Shown piece by piece: positions 36,393-43,405 of a DNA stretch of 43,405 nucleotides. The stretch comes from Octopus bimaculoides (Eukaryota). A model generated the notes under the pieces. The model was not told where the DNA came from. It worked only from the letters and a program-made list of their open reading frames with translations, and did not search any database. How positions within the stretch are numbered: the stretch's first letter is position 1; each line of letters begins with the position of its first letter. The stretch lies in assembly GCF_001194135.2 (NCBI RefSeq), contig NC_069005.1, positions 10,278,829 through 10,322,233 of the forward strand, given 5' to 3'. The position numbers were made by a program, and so were the translations under genes.

Positions 36393-37810
36393 CGATGATA
36401 ACGATGGTGATGATGATTAAGATCACCACGTTATCGACAAAGATAGCGCTGATTGAGACCATGTTCCTGTCGGTGGTGTTGGTGTATGCTGGTCTTTGAC
36501 TGTTTACTGCTTTTAATATCTAATACTACGTTAGTAGTTATTGATGTATCTCTTGTCATTGATAGTCGTTCTGTTGACTTATTCCTACTTACTTTCTCTT
36601 GTTCATATCGTTGTTATTGTAATTTGGTTTTTGTTGTTCTTGTTTCTTTTTGTTGTTTTTGTCTTTTACTTTTGTCACTGAAAATATTGTCGTTATTCTA
36701 GTTTTGCAGCTATAACTGTCATTGACGGTGGGGCTGTCGAATTCCTCTATATTTCCTCATTTCTGCTTTTCCTTGTTCTGCTTTACTTTTTATTGTTGTT
36801 GTTATAGCTAACATTGTCTTCTCTTGGTATTATCGTTACAGTCGTCATCATCGTCGTCTTTGTTGATATTGTTGTCATTCTAGTGTATGTAAATGTTGCC
36901 GTTGTGATATACGTGTGTTGTGTTGTCATTGTTGATGTTCTTGTTGGTGTTGTTTATGATTTTAATACTCTGTTCATTCTCGACATTGTTCTTATTGTAG
37001 CCTCAAGTGAGTATTGATCATAAAAAACGTAAAACTAACTGCGTCCCATCCATGACCATCTCGTTGATGAATTTACCTATGAGTGATATTGCACGTGACG
37101 TCCTTTTAAAAAGATTTTGGCAGGTATTGATCTTGGTGCTGTTGTTAAAGTTGCCACTGTTGTGGATGATGATGAAGAGGACGACATGGTGGAAGTGATG
37201 ATGAGGATGATGATGATGATGATGATGATCATGATGGTGAAGAGGAGGAGAAGGAAGATGATGATGCTGTTGCTGCTGACGATGATGATGATGATGCTGA
37301 TAATCATGATCATCCTCATCCTCATGGTGGGGGCGGAGATGATACTGCGAATGGGGATGATAATGACGTTAATGATGACGATGATTAAGAGGAGGATGAT
37401 AATTGGAATCATGGTGATGTTGATGATGATGTTAATGAGGCGGAGAAGAATTATGATGATGATCGTTATTATTATTATGACGATGATGAGGAGGAGGAGG
37501 AGCAGGATGGTGAGGGTGGTGATAATTATAAATAGAAGGAGGAGGATGTTGATGATGAAGATAAGGAGGAGGAGGTGGAAGAGGAAGAAGAAGGGAAGGA
37601 TGACGATTTCGTTTGCTCCCGTTGTAGTTGGTGGTGGTCGTGGAGTTGTTTCTTGGTGTTACGGAAGGCAACAATGATTGCTGCGAAGCGGACGAATACT
37701 GCGCTACTGCATGATGTTGGCGTTTTCATTTGTTGTTCTTGTTGTCGGGGTTAGGGTTAGGGTTAGGGTTAGGGTTTTGGTATTGCTGTCATCTTGTTGT
37801 TGCTGCTGTT
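36270..37810. repeat. Degenerate trinucleotide low-complexity region (GAT/GTT/GAG)
   Basis: Direct inspection; source of the spurious poly-M/D/I ORFs. Confidence 0.85.
37748..37774 (+). repeat. Interstitial telomeric-type GGG(TTAGGG)4
   Basis: Four perfect TTAGGG units, five G-runs. Confidence 0.9.
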
Positions 37811-38114
37811 GCTGTTGCCACATTTGTTTTTATTCTCTAACGTTATACATACACACACACACACATGTGTATGTATGTATGCATATATATAAATATATAT
37901 ATGTATATGCATAATATATATATATCTATATATATATGTGTATGTATGTAAGTATGTATATATAAATATATATATGTATGTATATGTATAATATATATGT
38001 CTATATATATGTATTTATGTATGTATAAATATATATATATAGATATATATATGTNNNNNNNNNNNNNNNNNNNNNNNNNNNNNNNNNNNNNNNNNNNNNN
38101 NNNNNNNNNNNNNN

Positions 38115-38158
<44 letters not shown>

Positions 38159-38317
38159 TGTGTGTATGTATGTATGTATGTATGTATGTATATATGTACG
38201 TATACACATATATATATTTCGAGGCTGTTGTAGCCACTGTTATTCTTACTGTTGTTGGATTTTGCATAAACCGATGTCACAATAGTTGCGAAAAGAGCAG
38301 AGATGAAAGAAGTCTCA

Positions 38318-38381
<64 letters not shown>

Positions 38382-38513
38382 GGTTTAGGGGATCTTGGAG
38401 TTTCGCTGTATCAGACGAAAGAAAAGCAAGGAGTGTACGGTGATGTGAACGAGACAAAGGGTAAAATGATGAGGAAGGAAAAAGAGAACAGAAAGAATAA
38501 GTGTGTGTTATGC

Positions 38514-38616
<103 letters not shown>

Positions 38617-38972
38617 TGTGTTTGTGTGCGTGTATATGATTGCTTCCTTGTGTGTGATTCTCCGCTTGAGAGCAGGAGTGCTTGTGGGTATATATGGGGC
38701 GAATAAGAAAAGTGAAAGTAAAATTGCAGATGGAGTAAGACAAGTAAAGGGAGGAGGAGGAACAATGAGAATGGAAGGAAGATGTGTAGGATAAAGCTAG
38801 TGTTATGTAAACGAAGGAGAGAGTGTTAGTGCCAAGCAAAGGGGCCCATACACACACATACACACACGCATACGCATACAGACATAAATGTATATACATA
38901 CATATATTTATGTGTACGTACGTATATATTTATATATATATATGTGTAGGTATATGTACAAATGTATGTACG

Positions 38973-39005
<33 letters not shown>

Positions 39006-39251
39006 TTGAGTGAGAGAGAGTGAGAGAGAGAGGGGGAGATAGACAGGGTACGAGAGAGATGAAGCAACTGATGTACAGAGAGTAGTGAGTGAGAGGGAGA
39101 GATGATGGAAGGAGATAGGAGAGAATAAAGCGATGAGAGTGATACGTGTGTGGTGTAGGTGTATCTGTGTGTGTGTATATATACATACAAATCTAGATAC
39201 ATGCATGTGTATATTTATATAGATGCATGTATGCATGCATACATACATATA

Positions 39252-39282
<31 letters not shown>

Positions 39283-40321
39283 NNNNNNNNNNNNNNNNNN
39301 NNNNNNNNNNNNNNNNNNNNNNNNNNNNNNNNNNNNNNNNNNNNNNNNNNNNNNNNNNNNNNNNNNNNNNNNNNNNNNNNNNNNNNNNNNNNNNNNNNNN
39401 NNNNNNNNNNNNNNNNNNNNNNNNNNNNNNNNNNNNNNNNNNNNNNNNNNNNNNNNNNNNNNNNNNNNNNNNNNNNNNNNNNNNNNNNNNNNNNNNNNNN
39501 NNNNNNNNNNNNNNNNNNNNNNNNNNNNNNNNNNNNNNNNNNNNNNNNNNNNNNNNNNNNNNNNNNNNNNNNNNNNNNNNNNNNNNNNNNNNNNNNNNNN
39601 NNNNNNNNNNNNNNNNNNNNNNNNNATATATATATATATATATATATATAAATATATATATTTATATTTATATTTGCCATGAAACCCGGTTATTATAATC
39701 ACAGATAATTTTATCGTATAGTTATTGTCATTAAAATTAGTGAGTCCGACTCATGGGCAAGATAACACTCTATCCTCTGCTTCCAGTTATCAGTTGCTCA
39801 CTGTTATCTGAAAGGCTCCATCCTAAAATGGTCACAATAAGCGTTTCAATTGGATATGTGTGTGTGTGAGAGAGAGAGAAGAGGAGAGAGAGAGAGACAT
39901 AGAGAGATAGAGAGAGATAGACAGGGTGAACGCAGAGAGAGAGAGAGAGATAAAGAGATTTCAAAGGATGTCTATGCGCGCGCGTCTGGTTTTACATTCA
40001 TCTATGAATATATGTAAATATATATGTATATACGAACGTTTGCGTGCGTGTGTGTGTATATATATGTAAATATATAGATAGATGTATCTAGATAAATACA
40101 TAGATGCATACATACATACATACATATATATACTATATAGATATATATATATATAAGTACATATATGATACTTATATATGCTTGTATGTATGTGTGTGTG
40201 CATATATATATATATAAATATATATATATGTTTATATCTTTATATATGTGTCTTTATATGTCTATATAAATATGTATATATATTTGTGTGTATGTGTGTG
40301 TATGAGTGTAAGTATGTGTAT

Positions 40322-40412
<91 letters not shown>

Positions 40413-40587
40413 TGTATGTATGTATGTATGTATGTATGTATGTATGTATGCACTCATATATGTAGGGATAGATGTTTGAAGGGAACTTATGGTTATCTAT
40501 GTAGCGGGATTAAGGTTTGTGCTTACAAACAGAGAAATGTTTTCAATGCATTGTGTTTGCGTGGATATGTACGTTTGTAAATGCATC

Positions 40588-41067
40588 TGTTGGCATCCAT
40601 TTTGTCTCGGGAGACAATGGAGTTGCGCATGAAATAATCTAGTCCGGTTTTTACATTTCATGTCCTAATACATCGCCTGTTGTGGCTCTGTAGTCCTATC
40701 CTGGACAAATATACCCTCTGGCAGGTACCGCAAATGTAGTGAAGACTTTGCCTGGCTGGTTGTAATGTCATAGTTTCTTCTTGACGTCTTTTCTTGTCTT
40801 TCAATTTCTCCTCTCTCCCTCTGTCACTCCTTTGTGTTTCCTCTTCCATGGTGCGTCGCCAATTTCCACAGTTGCTGATAACAGCTTCCCAGTTGATAAT
40901 ATTTATGTCTGAGGCCTTCATGTCCCTTTTGCATCCTTGTATCGTAAGAGCGATCTTCTCACAGACACAGTACCCCTAGCAAGCTCTCCGTAGAGTATGT
41001 CCTTGGGAATTCTGCCATCTTCCAAACGACTAACATGTCCAAGCCATCTCACACGTGCACACTCCAG
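40588..41067 (-). mobile_element. 5'-truncated RTE-clade LINE 3' end
   Basis: VRWLGHVSRLEDGRIPKDILYGEL...RYKD, a frameshift, then RDMKA..WE..W..CGTCQRVYLSRIGLQSHNRRC; 3' UTR tccattgtctcccgagaca..ggatgccaaca. Confidence 0.92.
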
Positions 41068-41611
41068 TATTTATGATACGATATTTATATATATTTATAT
41101 TATTTTACATTATATCATACATCTTATGGTAATACGTACTAAGGGAAAGAACTCCAGTAAGTCAGCGTCGGCCTGACTTTATTCAATTTAGTTAGCACTG
41201 TACCGATAAAACAACTTATATTTTCAAAATGTAATAGAAATTTCTCTGTAAGTCCCTGTAAGTACAAAAAACTAAAATATAACATCATACAATGGCTGTT
41301 GACTCTTACCTGCTAACATAAATCAAATTTGCCTGCAACCATGAAAACAAGTATTAGAAAATTATATGTTAAATATTTAGAAATTATTTCCGTTTAGTCT
41401 TATTTATTTCCATTTATTTACATTTAAGTATGTGTTCATGTATTTGCTTTAGAATCCCTAATATTTACAGCTATACATTAATCCGTCTCTCACAACTAAA
41501 AGCGAAAATTCAATTCATTCAAAACTATTTGCATATATCATTAAGACCATCACATCTTGAATTATTTATCTAAACTCATGCTTTCAGCCCACGTTAGTTG
41601 TTTTCCTTGGT

Positions 41612-42305
41612 CAAATATTGGTTTAAAATTTTGGCGCAAGACCAGCAATTTCTAGGACGGAGCAAATCGATTACATCGGCCTCAGTGCCTAACTGGTAAT
41701 TATTAATCGACCTCGAAAGGATGAAGAGAAAATACCTCCTCAACAGTATTTGAATTGAGAACTCAAATCGGAAGATATGCCTCTAAGCAGTTTGTCTGAC
41801 GCGCTGGCGATTCCCTTAGCTCGACTCCTTAATTTTGCCAAATATTGGTTTCAAACTTTGGCACAAAACCAGCAATTTCTGGAAAGGGGTAAGTTGAGTA
41901 AATTGACCCCAGTGTTTAATTGGTAATTATTTATCGACTTCGAAGGGATGAAATGCTAAATCGACCTCAGCAATATTTGAACTCAGAACGTAGAATCGGA
42001 AGATATGCTTCTAAGCATTTGGTCTGATGCGCTAACGATTCTGGGCAGCTCGACACCTTAATGTTGTCAAATATTGGTTTGAAAATTTTGGCACGAGATC
42101 AGTAATTTTTGGGACAGCGTAAATCAATCACATCGACCTCAGTGCTTAACTGGTAATTATTTCAGTGACCCTAAAAGGTTGAAAGGCAAAGTCGGTCTCT
42201 GCAACCTTTGAACTCAGAACATAGAATCAGAAGATATGCTTCTAAGCATTTTGTCTGAAGCGGTAACCACTCTGCCAGTCCACTGCTTTAATCTTGTCAA
42301 ATATT
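41612..42305 (-). repeat. Tandem array of three SINE-B-derived units (227, 229, 230 bp)
   Basis: Junction ttaatNttgYcaaatatt(ggttt) recurs at 41839, 42068 and 42298; caaatattggttt also opens the array at 41612. Confidence 0.9.
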
Positions 42306-42337
42306 ACACCAAATTTCTTCGCTATAGTTTTCCTCTT

Positions 42338-42445
42338 AGGTGCAGTTGTGTCTGTATGGTTAAGTAGTTTGCTTTTGTAACCACGTGGTTTAAAGTTCAA
42401 CCCCGCTGTGCCTAGCCTTAGGTATTATTCTTTTTATATAGCCAT
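42338..42445 (+). mobile_element. SINE family A head fragment
   Basis: ggtgcag..gtgtctgtatggttaagtagtttgct...aaccacgtgg...gttcaacccc. Confidence 0.7.
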
Positions 42446-42579
42446 ACTTCAATCAATGTAATCAGGATTTTCTTTTTAAAAAAGCCAGCCCCGCCACCAA
42501 AAATGGATTACTTGTATTTAATTTTGAATACTTTAGTGTGAAAACTAAATAAATATCGTTACAGTTCGATATTCTACGC

Positions 42580-42648
<69 letters not shown>

Positions 42649-43358
42649 ATGTATGTATGTATAAATTTACTTGGAAATGGATGCGTGTCGTTCAATCATA
42701 TAATAATAGAAATAAAATATATAGAGGCATACACACCCACCCACACACACACACACGCACACACACACACACACACATACATATATATACATACTGACAA
42801 ATATATGCATACATATATGTATATATATATGTGAGTGTATATGTGTGAGTATGCGCGTTAGATATACATACACATCCACGCATTCACACACTCACATAGA
42901 GATACAGAATATATATATGTGTACATGTATGTATATGTATTGAATATATGCATGTATGTATATGTTTATATCTATACCTATCAATCTATCTACACACACA
43001 CACGCACTCACAAACATACGCACATACACACATATGTACATGTGAGAAATCTGAATGTGAACATTGCCTGTAAACACGTACGTGTTATATACATGTGTAT
43101 GTGTGTTTCCGTTCGTCTGCGTGTTCGTGTGTCTGCGTGTTTGTGGGCGCGTGTGTATATGTGTCTTCCGTAGTGTTTTTGATAATTTATATGAATGTGC
43201 GCGTGTGTACGTATACATTAGTGGTACAAATAAATATTTCAGAGGTGATGACAATAAAATATATATCAATGTTCTAACTTTAGCAAAGAACTCCATGACA
43301 TTGAATAAATTCATATTCCACACAATTATAATCATAGAAATATTTTATATAAATATAC

Positions 43359-43405
<47 letters not shown>

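Overview
AT-rich, gap-riddled eukaryotic draft scaffold that is mostly intronic or intergenic. The SINE families and extreme microsatellite density point to an octopus genome (inference from recalled OR/OK-type SINE consensus, not a database search). About 30 tRNA-derived SINE copies or fragments are present. Other elements are a mariner with both TIRs, a second mariner remnant, two RTE-LINE remnants, a Helitron PIF1-helicase pseudogene fragment, Penelope-like remnants and a 253-bp palindromic MITE. Nearly all supplied ORFs are microsatellite or N-gap artefacts. No complete gene is recognisable; one good orphan minus-strand exon candidate lies at 3914-4068. The most notable signal is five sequence-unrelated minimal type-I hammerhead-ribozyme-like motifs of the Penelope/retrozyme kind; the one at 17387-17447 has an intact core and helices. 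There is also a pri-miRNA-like hairpin, a head-to-head SINE pair that could form dsRNA, and a SINE-derived tandem array.
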